From assembly GCA_037379345.1 (NCBI GenBank), contig CM074512.1, forward strand, positions 32,426,001 through 32,490,000: DNA of 64,000 nt. Reading direction: 5' to 3'. The translations under genes were made by a program, and so were the position numbers. This stretch comes from Perna viridis (lineage: Eukaryota). Of this stretch, positions 1-13,305 are shown in pieces (position 1 is the stretch's first letter; each line of letters begins with the position of its first letter). A model generated the notes under the pieces. That model did no database searches. It was given only the letters and a program-made list of their open reading frames with translations, and was not told the DNA's origin.

Positions 1-929
1 TCCTTGAACCAGACGTATTGAGACCTTATTGCCTTGAGTACTTATGTTATAAAAATAAGTTTGAGACACCCATTTTTCAGACTATACATGTATAAATTGA
101 TTAGTTTACACACATTATATTAACTCGGTGCATGGTCTTACTTAAAATAGTGCAAAAACTATCGAATTAACTTTTTTATTTTTTTTTGGTTGAATATGGA
201 ATACGTGGTAGCAATGAGAATGCAAAGCATACTAGAAGAAATTAGCTGTATACATTTTTTGTAAAACGATTTCTTTTGAATTTCCGTTGATATGCAAGAT
301 TACCAACCACTGTCAATGCCATACACTACGTAGAAGGTGCAAGCCAGTGCAACCAAAACGTAGTAACATTTAAAAAAGAACCACTTTTACACCATCAGAG
401 CTGCCCGAAACTTGAACTTTTACAGTGAAGGAATACACATTTCGGCAACAGGTTGTTGAACATGACATGAAGTTGGTATAGAAAAAAAATCTGTCGTCAA
501 ATTAAGATAAATCCCTTTACATTATTAAATAAATTTGATGTAAAATCATTCAAAATATTCATCAGAGGAAATATTTGTTTTGAACTTAGTGTGACATTTA
601 ATATACTTATTAGATATATAAACACTACTTTTTGAAAATGTGATGGTGGCTGCTTATAAACAGAGACTTATAATATAGGACACTACACTTTACTATAATT
701 AATAACATCGACTTGAGATTGAAACTTGTCTATTCATTGTATTACATTACGTTAAAAATAAAATCTTACTAAAGTTTTTTGTGGCGACTCTTTCGACATT
801 TGCAACATATGAACAAGATAATTCAGATCCCTTCATGCATGAGAAAGATGTAAGTATAAGTCAACACTACCATGGAAAATTGTTGTTCTTCAAATACAAG
901 AAGACACGGTTTATGCAAAAATTACCGAC

Positions 930-1410
930 CACATAAAAAATGTAAATTGTAAATTTAGAATTAAGTGAAATGAAGAGACAATTAAGGCACCAGTTCCTGA
1001 TTCATTCATAGATTTTGACTTGTACATAAAGCAATAGCACGTTTGAAATTGAAACCCTATGCCAAACGTGATGATTTTTACTTTTAATTGCAATCTTTCC
1101 TTTTCTTGGTGGCAATATATCAACATCTCCAGCCTATGGAGTATACATTTCTCAATCGATCTGTGCAAAGGTGTTCTCTGTGCAGCAAAATTGTCAAATA
1201 AACCTCTGAATTAAAGATATGTTCAGCCTTTTTCAATGTCATCTTTACTGTCGTCATCACAATTTGATTGGCCAATATGAAGCGGAGAAAATAAAATAAA
1301 ATATGTCCAGTTATCTTCATGTCTTGCAGAAACAAGAACCTACCGAACTTGGCTCTTACTACCTTCAGTAGTGTTGTGGTTCTGGTTAAAACTGTCAACT
1401 CTGCTTTCTT
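930..1410 (+). mobile_element. Degenerate Penelope-like retroelement fragment (RT C-terminal part)
   Basis: Broken + frames give LKPYAKRDDFYF (~1049-1084) and FPFLGGNISTSPAYGVYISQSI (~1096-1161), matching the YDKRDDF..FPFL.SNIP..PAYGVYISQLIRY motif of invertebrate Penelope-like RTs. Boundaries approximate. Confidence 0.6.
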
Positions 1411-1481
1411 TTTTACCGTTTGAAATATAATTGTTTTTAAATGTACACGTTACAAAATTTATAACACCGGTTATATGTTTA

Positions 1482-1959
1482 AAGAGTAATCAAGGGAACC
1501 AAGATTCTAACCGACATTCTAAAACACACACACACACACACACAACATATAATAACCAAAACAAAAAACAAAAAAACAAAAAACAATACATACAAAGTAA
1601 CAGAAGTAAATGATCTCCTCGGTGTCCACTAAAAACTGGGAGCATGGACCGGTAGGATAAGTGTCCTCTGCTTTTTTAGAAACAACAGCCGAGTTGCTCA
1701 TAAAAGTCAAAGTCAAATATAGATGAAAGAGGAAAGGAAAAGTATGACACGTTGATCAAATCGGTTCTCATGGTGCAGTTGGATACACAGTAACGATCCA
1801 CGAGTTGATGATTGTCAACCATAAAACTTCTGTAGTGCTGACTTCAATCTGGTAGAAACATAACCTTGTTCCAGAAGCGTGGAACAAAAAGTCTGCGCAG
1901 TAATGGTAAGCTCTGGCATAGCGTATGAGTTTTGATATGAAAACTACATACGCAGGTGA
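1482..1959 (-). mobile_element. Penelope-like element 3' end (RT C-terminus plus structured terminus)
   Basis: Minus strand reads SPAYVVFISKLIRYARAY..LLEQGYVSTRLKSALQKFYG with lesions. The terminus AAGAGTAATCAAGGGAACCAAG is shared with 34624, 42734 and, inverted, 52926. Contains a (CA)n tract at ~1523-1543. Confidence 0.75.
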
Positions 1960-4577
1960 AAATAATTTATAACTCGTTCTATTTATCTGATAGTAGGATA
2001 TCAGACTATCGAGTTTTGAGAATTTAATGCATCGAAATATAATACGGCTAAATTATATATCGAAGGAAAGCTAATTTCAAGTTCCATCGAAATATCGATG
2101 TCGTACGCATTGATTGTTTGAAAGTGTCAGTTCTCCGTTAGTTCAAATACAAGTTCCAAATTGGTCGTTTTTGTGAACATTTCGTATATTTGCAAAGATA
2201 CTCATATAATACTAAGTAGTACGTCTCAGTTTTGGATTAAGTTCTTGATAAACATAAGTCTGTATAACTCAAAAGTCAAAAGAGCAACGACGAACCTGCC
2301 CATAATTTCTTGTTGTGCTGGCTACAACAAAAACTATCATTTTGTTGAGAAACGGAAAGCATGTATCAATTTTGAAAAAAAAGACAATACCAATAATGCA
2401 ATAAATGCAACTCCAAGAAAATAGTAGAAATAACACTTCTTTATCGGTTAAAGTTAATTGTATTGCACATAACAAAAAAGTGCATTAATGTAATCCTAAT
2501 TGATTTCGTATTATTTTTTGTTTTGCTGCATATCGCCGATATTCGTTTTAAAAATGTCAGTCAAGGCCATAAAAAACACTACACTTTTCTGGTCAGTTTG
2601 ATTATTTGTGTCAGCGGCAAGATTTTTATCGGTTTGAAAAGCTCATTATCCATTGACTTGAACATTTAAAAAAAAACGTAACTATTACTAATTGTACCCA
2701 GGTGTCCAAAACAATATGTTCTTAATAGAGTTAAGCTGTTGTTAATCAAAAGCGAGTAAAAATATTGAATATTCTGGCAGGTAAATACGTACCTTTCACA
2801 ACTAACTCCTAGTTAGTTTGTCTCTGCGTGCTCAGTTTATTTCCCCCTGAGTATAATGGTAAAGCAAAATGACGTCTGCTACAGGAAGCATCAAGTACAA
2901 CAATATTACGATTTCAGTCTGACATAGGTCTGACAATAATTACTATGGTTTTGATTGCTTAGTAAAGCGTTCGTTCGCCTAGGTATACAGTGGGTTCCTG
3001 TTAATCGCATAAGTAATTTGTCAGAAAAAAACGTTGGAATTAACAGGAATATGCAATTAAAAGAAATGATCACTTTCCAGAGATTTTACCTAATATTTTC
3101 ATTGTTTAAGAAGGATATATTCTTTTCTCATGTTTGATAAGATTTCTGTCTTAGTGTCTATTTTAAGGACAGAGAAAATATTGTTCTAAAAACAACATTC
3201 TTCAGAAAACTGAGCTAAATTCTGATTTAAAAAAAATCAACATACATTATTCCAAGCAGAATAAATAGTACACAACATGTCATTAGCAAAAAATGCGTAC
3301 TAGTTTTTGAGTGGCCACAGTATGCGGTAGATTATACACGGATCACGTGAAATCCTACATTTAAGAGGTAGCTTATACCACCGATATTGACCTTTTTGTT
3401 TACTTATTGAAAATACTTCTTATCATTACAGAAAAATTAGAGTTCATTCAGAAGGTACCTGGTTACAAAATCTATACATTTAAACCAACGAGTTGATGAA
3501 AATTGGCTTAAAATTACCACAACACCACGCCAATATTTTTTGTTTTGCATGACAATATATAATTCAAAAATCCAGCTTCAAGTAATCCTTAATGCTTACT
3601 TTGAAAGACTCTTAGATTATTAACAATTTGTTTAACGTTTTCATAATCAAATTGACTTTTTAACGCTGTATTTGTGAACGAAAATAGGGCGCCCTCACAA
3701 CACTTTGTGACCGCAATTCTGATTTGATAGTAGAATGATTTTCCTAAAAACGATACCAAATTTAGCCGTATTATATTTCGGTGCATTAAACTTCGTTCTT
3801 TTGAAATCTCTGCTATCCTACTTTGATGGATACTATGTTTGAGTTGCAAAGCAGAGACTTTTATATATAATTTAAAAGATTTGTCTATTTCAAACATGTA
3901 CATGTTTTTTTTTTTTCAGTATGAGCGATTTAAATAACTTCATGTAAATGCTTAGATGCAAAAGTTTCCGAATCAATATATTTAACTATTGTTTGTGCAA
4001 TACACATCTCATTCACCTAAAAAAAAAAAATAAATAAATAAAAAATATAAAAAAAAAAAAATGCAGAAAACTCGGAAAATAAAAATGTAGAGAACTCCAA
4101 ACATAAAAAAAATCAATCGCACAAATTAAATATTAATAATTCACTGACTGTTGGTATTGTTTGGCATACTGCTTCATTTCTTTTGGATGATTTATGTTAA
4201 ATTTTAAGCAAATGATGTATGTTTAGTGCATGTTATGTACAACCCACAACTTCTTCAACAATTTATGTGTACTCTAAGAATACATGTGCAACCTTTAAGA
4301 TGAATGCTTAATTAAAAAATGAAATAATTAAAGAAAAACAAAACCTCTCATAAACATACAATTCAGACTAAAAAGTAAGAGAAAACATACACATTCAAAG
4401 AATATGAAGTCCGACTGTGATACATTTTTGTACTGTTATCACGTCTATAGTATAAGTACATATCAATTTGTCGATAAGGGTATGAAATCTAACAAGATTA
4501 CATAACCTATATTCTAGGCTACTAGCCAATGTTCAAAGCTGAATTATTACAATATACATTTAAATATTTGATTTTAG

Positions 4578-7500
4578 TCAAAAGTCTTCAATAGAAATAT
4601 TTCTATTATCAAAACGTCTGTATCGCCGACCTTTGTTACACTCAAGACATTTCAGTTCACCATTTCTTTTTCGTTTAAAAATTATGTGACCTAAAAAGAA
4701 AAGGCCAATTTGAAAATCAATGTAAGTCAATATGTGAATGATATATATCTTTTGATATTAAGGAATTTCAGAAAATAAATATTGGTTTGTTTTATGCTGA
4801 AAAATGCAAATGTGTTCAATTGTGTTTTGCTTTGTAAATTTCTGTTTTAATCATGACAATGTCTTCATAAGTTAACATGCTCCATATCATTGTGCGGTCG
4901 TCGGATTTAATGAATGTATAACACATTTTATATAATTACATCACAATTAGTCGGTTTCCAGGAATTGACGAATCATTTATTTTTCTTCTTCAGTGTTTCT
5001 AAATGTTACCACCAAAAAAAATATGGTTTGTCATTTTTTATGTTCATTGACTTGTTTCCGCTAATTTTAATTTTGAATTTAAAATAAACTGCTGTATTTT
5101 GAGATTTAACCTTTATCGAGAAAAAATACTTCTTGAAAGCCGTTGATATACATTAGCAATAACTTACCAAATTTACATTGAAACCAAAGGCCATGTACAG
5201 GAATGAGAGGTTCATATGACGACACGTCACTGATAATGCTTTTATCGTCATATAAAGTGAAGACATGGAGGTCATTTCTTAGAAAGTTTTTAATGAGCAC
5301 TTGCCTACTAATGTCATATGCCTTGCCATCTGTAAGAAATTCATATGGTTTGTGAAACTTTGCTTCAAAAGATATATAACGTTTGCCTAAATGTTTATCG
5401 ACGCCGTCTTTTTTCATCTTAAAGAACAAGTTAAGTTTACTCATTCTGTCCAACTCTGAAGCAATGTCTTCGATTTCTTGACTGCTGAAACATATGCGAT
5501 TCTTCAAAATAAAGCTTTCCAATTTATCAATATCATAATCATCTATAACTCCGCGCGTTGACTGTTTTTTGCCTTCTGAAGCTTCGACAGAAATTCAACC
5601 TGGTTTCTAATTGTGGTTACCTCGAAACTTGAAAATGATGTTTTGTCTTTTTGTATTAAAATTGTTGACAGGAAATCTCCATCTGTTGATTTTAAATCAT
5701 AAAAAATTTCTTTGGTGTTCATTTCACTTGAGTTGTAGGTTATGTTTTAACCCTTTCCAAAGCACACAGCCTTTCTTTGATCAAATTACCATATATATGA
5801 CTTTTGTAAATTGGCTTGTCACAGGACGGACATCTGAGGAGTTCAATTAGTGCAAATTTCTGTTTATCATCAATTTTTTTGTCTAGAACGTTTACATCGA
5901 ACAAATGACCACACTCTTCTAGTTGAATAAAAACTTTGTCACCGAAAGGCTTACCCTTAAATATTTTTAAAAGTCTCTGTTTATCACAAATTACACAAAA
6001 ATTTGGACATACTTCACCACAAATACCAATGCATTGGTGCTTACAAATTAATATTTCACTGCAACGCATATTGCAACGAGGACAATCGCATGGTTCGAAG
6101 CACTTTTTTGTACATTAATAGTGAGAACATTTCCATGTACAATCTTCGATGCACTGAATACAAGGTTCTTCGCATGCCTTCAGACACGAACTATCTTGAC
6201 TGCATGTAGTTTGACATGGCTTTGTGCAAGAGAAACGGGTTGAACATTGAAAGGAACATCCATGGTTACAAACCAACTGCTGTCTACAAATATAATCACA
6301 CTGTGTGTGGAATTTTCCTTGGATGCAGGTCCCACATGGGCATAAGAATAGTTATTTTGTTAGATGAATAACCTTGAAGACGAGGATATTTACAGAGTGA
6401 AGCGATGTACATAGCTTCGTGATTGTTAGAATGACTCTTCATGTCTTGCTCAGGTGATTCCTTCTGCAATTGGTTTATGAAAAACACATTTTTTGAAATA
6501 CCTTTAAAGTCGTTGTATCCCATGACAACTTGATTATTTTGAAGATCGGGATATATTGTCTTGACAATTTCGCCTATCGTAGGTCGCATTCTGTGCTGGG
6601 TGTTCAAACAACAATTTTCTATTTTATTATTAATCATTCTTTCAAACAAAGATACCTCGAGGCCAAATTTTCCTGCAAGCTTATAAACTGTTGGAGACGG
6701 TTTTAATTGCTGATGATCGCCAATCAGAATCAAATGCTCGCATTTGTTACTTAAAGTTGCTACAATATGGGCCTCCAATACTTCAGCGCCTTCTTCAACA
6801 ATAATTACCCTAGGCCCAATGTCTTTCCGAACGTTTTGGTATTTTGCAGCGCAGGTTGTAGTCATTCCCAATACTCCAGCTTGTTTCATCATTTCTTTGT
6901 CTTCTTGTAATTGTACCTCCACATATGCTTAGCAAGCGTCCCTTATTTGATTTTCAAACTTACTTATTTCTCTGTTTATTAATTCGCAATATCTCTTTTT
7001 CCATGCCTTATACAGACGCCATCAATCTTTCGTTGTAAGAAACCAAACATCGCTTATCGCTTCCTCTTCTTCCTGGCTCATTTCGTCAGTGTTGCTCAAT
7101 TCATTCCTGATATTCTTTCTTAATCTTTTTCTTTCATGACCCTGTATTTGCCATCCTCGGACATTTTCAAACTAATCATTACCATTGTTCTCCCCTTCTT
7201 GTGATACGTTAAAGATGACTGTTTTCTTTTCTAGTCCTAATTGCCATAGCATATCATGCACATGATTAGTATCCTTATTTGTATCCTTTTTTGTTAAATC
7301 AATGTCGTCTGACTCGTTTATATCTACATCTGTTTGCCTCGAACTCGTACCTACGTCAACGTCATTTTTAACTTCAACGAAATCACTTGCATTACAGCTT
7401 TCCGTGTCTTCATTTTCTTCTTGGTTATTGTTCGGTCGGTTTTCGTCTTCACAAACATCCTGAATACTGTCTTTCTAGAAAAAAAAACCCAAACTGAAGC

Positions 7501-10500
7501 CATTTACTTATTGCTGAATATCTGCTAGCTTTTCCCAAGCAATGATTGGCAGATAACAATATGTTTGCAAACCCTCTAACAAGACTTTCATAGTGACACC
7601 AACTTATTACTTCCCCGAAGCAATCTTCGTGAATGATTTCTAATTATGCATTTTTCACCCTTTCAGCTAGTTTATTTATGGTAAGCCTCAATGTATCAAA
7701 TCTATCTCTCGAAATTAGTTTTTCTTTATGTATCAATTGTTGCAATGCACGACTGAGAGGAAATTGGCGCCGTCGATTTTTTAGACCGTAATTCTGCATA
7801 AGTTTTGAAGAAATTCGTCCTCTTACACGAAGAAGATTGCCCTTGCAGAAGGAAATAATACCCTCTAAAAACTGATCTAAAGCATGGTTAATATAACAGA
7901 CAACTAATATTGGTCGTCTGTCCATCTTTTCGAAGCTGGGACAAAATTCCAGGAGTGATAGTTATGGATAAGAGCTTTTGCTATTTTCAATCCCACATAT
8001 GTTTTGCCTGTACCAGGCGGGCCTTATATTAATGCGAATTCTTTAGTTAATGCATGTTGCAGCGCCTTAAATTGAGACCTGTTGAGTTTTAAAAGTTCTG
8101 ACTCAGGCCACAACTGCAGATTTAAATGTTTGATATCGTCAGCCTTTTTTGTAATTTCTAGGAATTCAGTTTGCGTTGAATCTAGATTTTCTTCAACCCG
8201 TCGTCCTGGCTCTTTTGTCTCATCCCTAATCACTATAGAATCATCGACTAGAGGTCTTAGATCAAATGCATCTTTAATTGGATTGTTCATTAAATATAAG
8301 GGTGGTGCTATTCCAGACTCACAAGTTACTAAGTATTTTTCAAATGACATTTCTCCTGGTTGAATGCTTGTAAGACTCTGTAAAATGTGTCTGTAAGCTT
8401 CAAAATACGCATTCGTTTCGGCCATAACAGAAGTTAACTCAGGTATCCGCGGCCTCGACAATTCTGATTGCTTTCCAAAACTAAGTACAATTTTTCACCC
8501 TTTTTCGCATCGTCTCGGTTGACGACTGTGGCAAAAGAGAACGTCTAAAAATTGTCAGTTGATATGCATAACAGCGAACCGTAAATAAGTCTTTTGCTTG
8601 GCTTCCATCTGATACTCGAAAATCTATGACAGGAAAACCGAACCACGTAAGAAAGCCCATCATTCTGAAAAGTTGGAGTTATCACCTGAGCATCTGTGTA
8701 TATCCTCAAATCTCTAAATTTTGCCAGTTTTTCGGTACTTTTGATTGCCTGGAGATATTGTTGGACGCCTTCCCAGAGGGGGGCAATGAAGTCTTCCCGT
8801 AGAAGTCGATACTGTACATCAAGATAGTGATCTAAGTCTTGATATATCTTCCACGTTCTATATTCCTTCGCAAAAAAGGCCTTGTGTCCATATTTAAATC
8901 AGCGTCTTCCGGTAAAACAGGTATGGTAGAATAATGTTCTGGTGGCTTTCTTTTATCGTCTCCGTCCTCTTCGTTTGGTACGTTTTTTTGATAGAGTTTC
9001 ACTCAGAGAATTCTCACCGATGGTTTTCCATTTTTTTTTTGGCTCAGACATTACCGTGGGAATGTCGATACTGTATTGGTTTTTCATGTTATCAACCACT
9101 TTTGACACTATTTCTGTGATCGCATTCAAGATGAAAACAGCATCGGGTATAGCTTCTTTCATCGTAAAGCATATGGTCATAATATCAAGAAGTGATTTTT
9201 CAGCAATGAACTCATGTTGATTTGAGCATGCTATAGAATTAAGAAACTTAAATAAAGTACATGTAATGAATCGAAAATTTTACAAACGTTTCCAGAACAC
9301 TGTCTTTGTTTTGACGCTGAGCTGCATTAACACGCCTTAGCAGAACAAGTCAGTATAATACGCGTCATGTCTTCACTGCGTTTTTTTCGTCTAGGAGTTT
9401 TTCTAATGCATTCGGTTTTGAAGTCAAACTGAACAAAACTTCATTTGAATCTTTCTGTTTTAATTCCTGTAGTCTAGTGAATCCATGGCTGACTTTCCAG
9501 TATTTTTCTTCTTCGTTTGATTCACTTCTCCCACCATAGTAATGTCTGTAGGAAAATGTGTATAAAATTAGTAGAAAATCACATTGGCATTTATATAATA
9601 CTTCTGTATTAATAGAGATGTTATTTGTTCTTAACACTAAATTTGGTTGCAAATTATGTTATCTATTAAAGATAGTATTTAGTTTAACTTATTTTTCATG
9701 TCAAAGGGATGCTTATATAATGTCTATATATACATACATCAATCAAGATATATTTTACAAAGCTTAGATAAGAGGTCAAGAACGTTGGGCTTAGGGAGTG
9801 TTGATTGAGATGCCAGAGTAGGTATTTCTCTTGATTAAAGTCTAGATTTTGACAAATCATATACATATGTACATGTAAAATACCGCGTACAATATAGACA
9901 CACTCAATATTTGCAGTCGTTAAGACTTCCGATAGAGAACGTTCACTTCATTTAAAACCAAATTAAATGTTAATCTATAAGCACAGCCAATTAAAAATAA
10001 GAATTGAACTTTAAAAAGATATCTATCAAATATCAAATTTTTATTTACAAGACCCTTTCATAATAACAGCAAGCTGTTATTTTTGGTGTAAAAAGAGTAG
10101 GCACATACCCTTTCTTTTAATTTTGCAGTCACAATACAATGTACTTGTTTTTAAATTATTTGCTAATACCATATAAACGGAAAATTTACGGCTCCACACT
10201 AATCCTATCAAAAGTAACGAATCTGCAAGTATTCTGAATTTTAAATTAAAGTCATGTATAGCTTGAAATAAAGCCTATGCAGTAATATTTCATTCATGTA
10301 ATTAAAACACATGATTTTATTCCTTGGAAAAAGTATTTTGAACAAAAAGTTGTTTTTCAAGTAATAGAATATACGAGTTCTGGTTAATCACAAGTTGGTA
10401 TCAGTTTAATGTAATTATAAAGTGCTCATGATAAAAACCCTAAGACTTTTCTACACTTATAAGAAGCCGGATATCCTCATTTTGAAATGTTTAAAGTATT

Positions 10501-11314
10501 TTTCTATGCTTGATTTAAATTAAGTGCATTGATATAAAAAAAACCAAAGACTAAAGTCTTCCAAGCCACTTATCGTCAAATATTCTAAGCCACTGGTTTT
10601 GACTTGCTTTAACATCAAGGCGAATTCAATGCTCTACTAAACTTAACTCCTAATCAATCAGTGTTTTTTTTTCATTTTCACCATAAACCCTGACGTTACA
10701 GAATGTTCAATGCTAACCGATCATTTCATCTTATAATGTAAACTTCCCGCTCTCATACAAGTAAAAAAACACATGTAGAACACGCGTGCATGGTATTTAA
10801 GAGGTACATTTTGATCTCGTGTAAAGCTAGAAATGCCGGTTCTGTAGCACCTATCTGCAACATAAGGTGGTGTCATAACATAATTATAATAATGAAATCA
10901 CAAACAAATGTACAGTAATTAAATTACGAGTGCAAAAAGTCGCTAACAATATTAACGACTTAAAAAGAATAAACTTTTATTCAAAATCTCGAAAGTGCAA
11001 AATCGACACTGAAAGTTTAATTGTTTATCCTATTGAAATGAGTGTATCCAACTTCAGACCAGCATAGAATTATAAAGTATCTGCATCTGTTATTTTAAAT
11101 ATGCTAATTTGTTATGTAAATTTGAGAAAAAAAGTGCGCTGTATTTCCATGCTTTAATAGTAAATATTGTGTTTTTACTGTATCGTCTTTTTAATTTTTA
11201 CCGTTCTGTCCTTCTTCCTCGATCAGGCCCACGATATGGTCTCCTAGCTCCTCTTGCATTCCTTCAAAACATCGTTTCAGCGAAATGTATGTTATTTTTT
11301 AAGCTTTAAATAAA
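4578..11314 (-). pseudogene. ZNFX1: ZNFX1-like pseudogene (copy 1); exons 11314-11202, 9545-5168, 4690-4578
   Basis: Collinear fragments homologous to copies 2-4 (YWKVSHGFTRLQEL, AETNAYFEAY, VVCYINHALDQFLEGI, GDHQQLKPSP, WFQCKFG). Lesions: ATG TTT TGA at codon 3 (ATG 11272), TAA just before Walker A GPPGTGKT (8024-8026), several frameshifts, internal deletion at ~6342. Splice phases (2, then 1) match the intact copies. Confidence 0.92.
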
Positions 11315-11990
11315 CTGAAATAAAGTATTCTAGTATTTTGTTCCTACGTTTTCGATAAAGTTCAAGTGAATAGTATACCAGAGTTGAAATCGGAGTATCA
11401 ACAGAATGAAAATAAATAACTGTTCTGCCGAAAGTTACCTTGTATTTATGTCTCTTTTTTTACCCAATTTTCGCTAAGAAATGTTGAAGATTTTTTAAGG
11501 GACATTTTACATTCAAGTATTCCATAGATGATTTTAAATTATAATAATTCTATAAGTAAGAAAATTATCAATATAATTTTAAACCATAATAAATTTACCC
11601 TCTTCCTCTGTTGTATTCTGATTCCTCCATGAGTGGCACACATCACATATTTACCTATGACAGGAAAACAAAACCAGAATATTCTCCATGTTTCTATCGT
11701 GTGATATATGTTTATTGTATAACTGTTTCTTACACAATTTACCTAGCAGATGAATATGTCACATTCATTTGTTTGCATAATTCATACAATTTGTAAACAA
11801 AAAGCACTTAGCAAAATGTCCGACAGCGTTCACTAAAATGCGAATTAGATTAAAAGCCAATTGTACTGCCATTTGTTCCGATTATAAAACTCATTCCGTA
11901 GCCTTTATCATATCTTTGAATATTACTGATGAAAAGATCAACAGACAATGAAATTGGAGGGATATGAATTAATTTTATTATATAAAATCT

Positions 11991-12192
11991 GATAGCAGTG
12001 TTTTATCGGATATTCCGAGTGTAATAAATTTCGATAATTCACACTGTGAAACTAAGTCGGTTATTTCACTCTCGGAATTTCTTTCGCCAAAACTTTCGCG
12101 GAACAAACTCCGCACACTCGTGAAATCTAGGCGTTCTTCGGCACTCATGATAATATTTTGGTATTAACTCTTTCCAAATAATTATCCTATTA
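11991..12192. repeat. Dispersed repeat, short copy (longer direct copy at 18286-18650)
   Basis: Shared blocks GTGTAATAAATTTCGATAATTCACACTGT and AAATCTAGGCGTTCT..GGCACTCATGATAAT..TTATCCTATTA. Family not identified. Confidence 0.75.
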
Positions 12193-12977
12193 GTCTCTGT
12201 TTTTACTGGAGTTTCTGCCTGTTATGGTGTTAATCTTTGAAGTGAGTCTGGTCGAAGTAAAAGTTAATACTTCTTTTCAGGAGCTGCTAAGAAAATTACG
12301 AAATTCATAGGACAAACAGAAAGTTAATACATGACCGAGCAAAAATGTATTATACACATTACTATCTATCATAATGATACTTCTAAACCCATTTTCATTT
12401 CTTCTCATGATGGATTGCATACATTTCAGACCAAAAAAAAAATCGAACCCCTACTTAAATAACAATGACGTACGCAAAACACGAAGAAATGCACGATCGA
12501 GACTTCCGTGAAGAATATGATAAAATTATGTGTAAAACCCATCGTGGTGAAGCGGATTTAAAGAAAAAGATTATAGTGACAAAAATCAAATTTACGTACA
12601 GCAAATAGAAGAACTATGCTGAAGTTGTATATACCAAATTTAAGGACGTTCGATGAACCGATGAAGAAAAGTTGGTGACAACGAAACCATGTATGGATCA
12701 AACGTATATATAATAAGTGAAAGTGAATGCTTAATACTCTTGAGGGTAAGGGTATTGAAACCCAATACAAATAAGTTGCAGCTGAAATGATATTTTTAAA
12801 TACAATGATAAGACTACCAGAATGTTAATTGAAATATCAAATTAGCTTACAAATTATACTAGGTAAGCGAAATGGATGACAAAAAAATATATATCAAGGG
12901 ATATATTTCTAATTTATTCTTTCAATTAGTTCAACTTCAATTTAAATTTAAATGCCAAATCTTTAAATACCAAATCA

Positions 12978-13300
12978 AACTGAAAAATTCTAAAGATCTT
13001 TTGGAGACAATCAGTTCAAGACTATTATCTGAATATAATATCATTAAAACCTATGATTTTTCAACACCGTATACTTCTATTCCCCATTCTCATTTGAAAT
13101 CCCGACTTAAAAACATTATACATCGTTGTCTTTCCAAGAAAAGATGACACACATAGATGCAAACATATAGTTCTTGTTTAAGATTCTTCATGCTTTGTAA
13201 GAAATAATTCCAAACCATCTTCCAAATATACAAAGGAAGATGTTTACAAAATGCTGAAATTTTTAATCGACAATATATTTGTCCAGTGTGGTGGACGTGT
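12978..13300 (+). mobile_element. Penelope-like RT fragment, left arm of fold-back
   Basis: Translates LKNSKDLLETISSRLLSEYNIIKTYDFSTPYTSIPH..FLIDNIFVQCGGRV; homologous to the 34624-35150 fragment. Confidence 0.8.
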
Positions 13301-13305
13301 GGAAG

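Noticed and set aside
11400-12500. Promoter or first exon of copy 1
   Set aside because: A possible donor near 11742 and weak GAAA motifs exist but are indistinguishable from AT-rich background.
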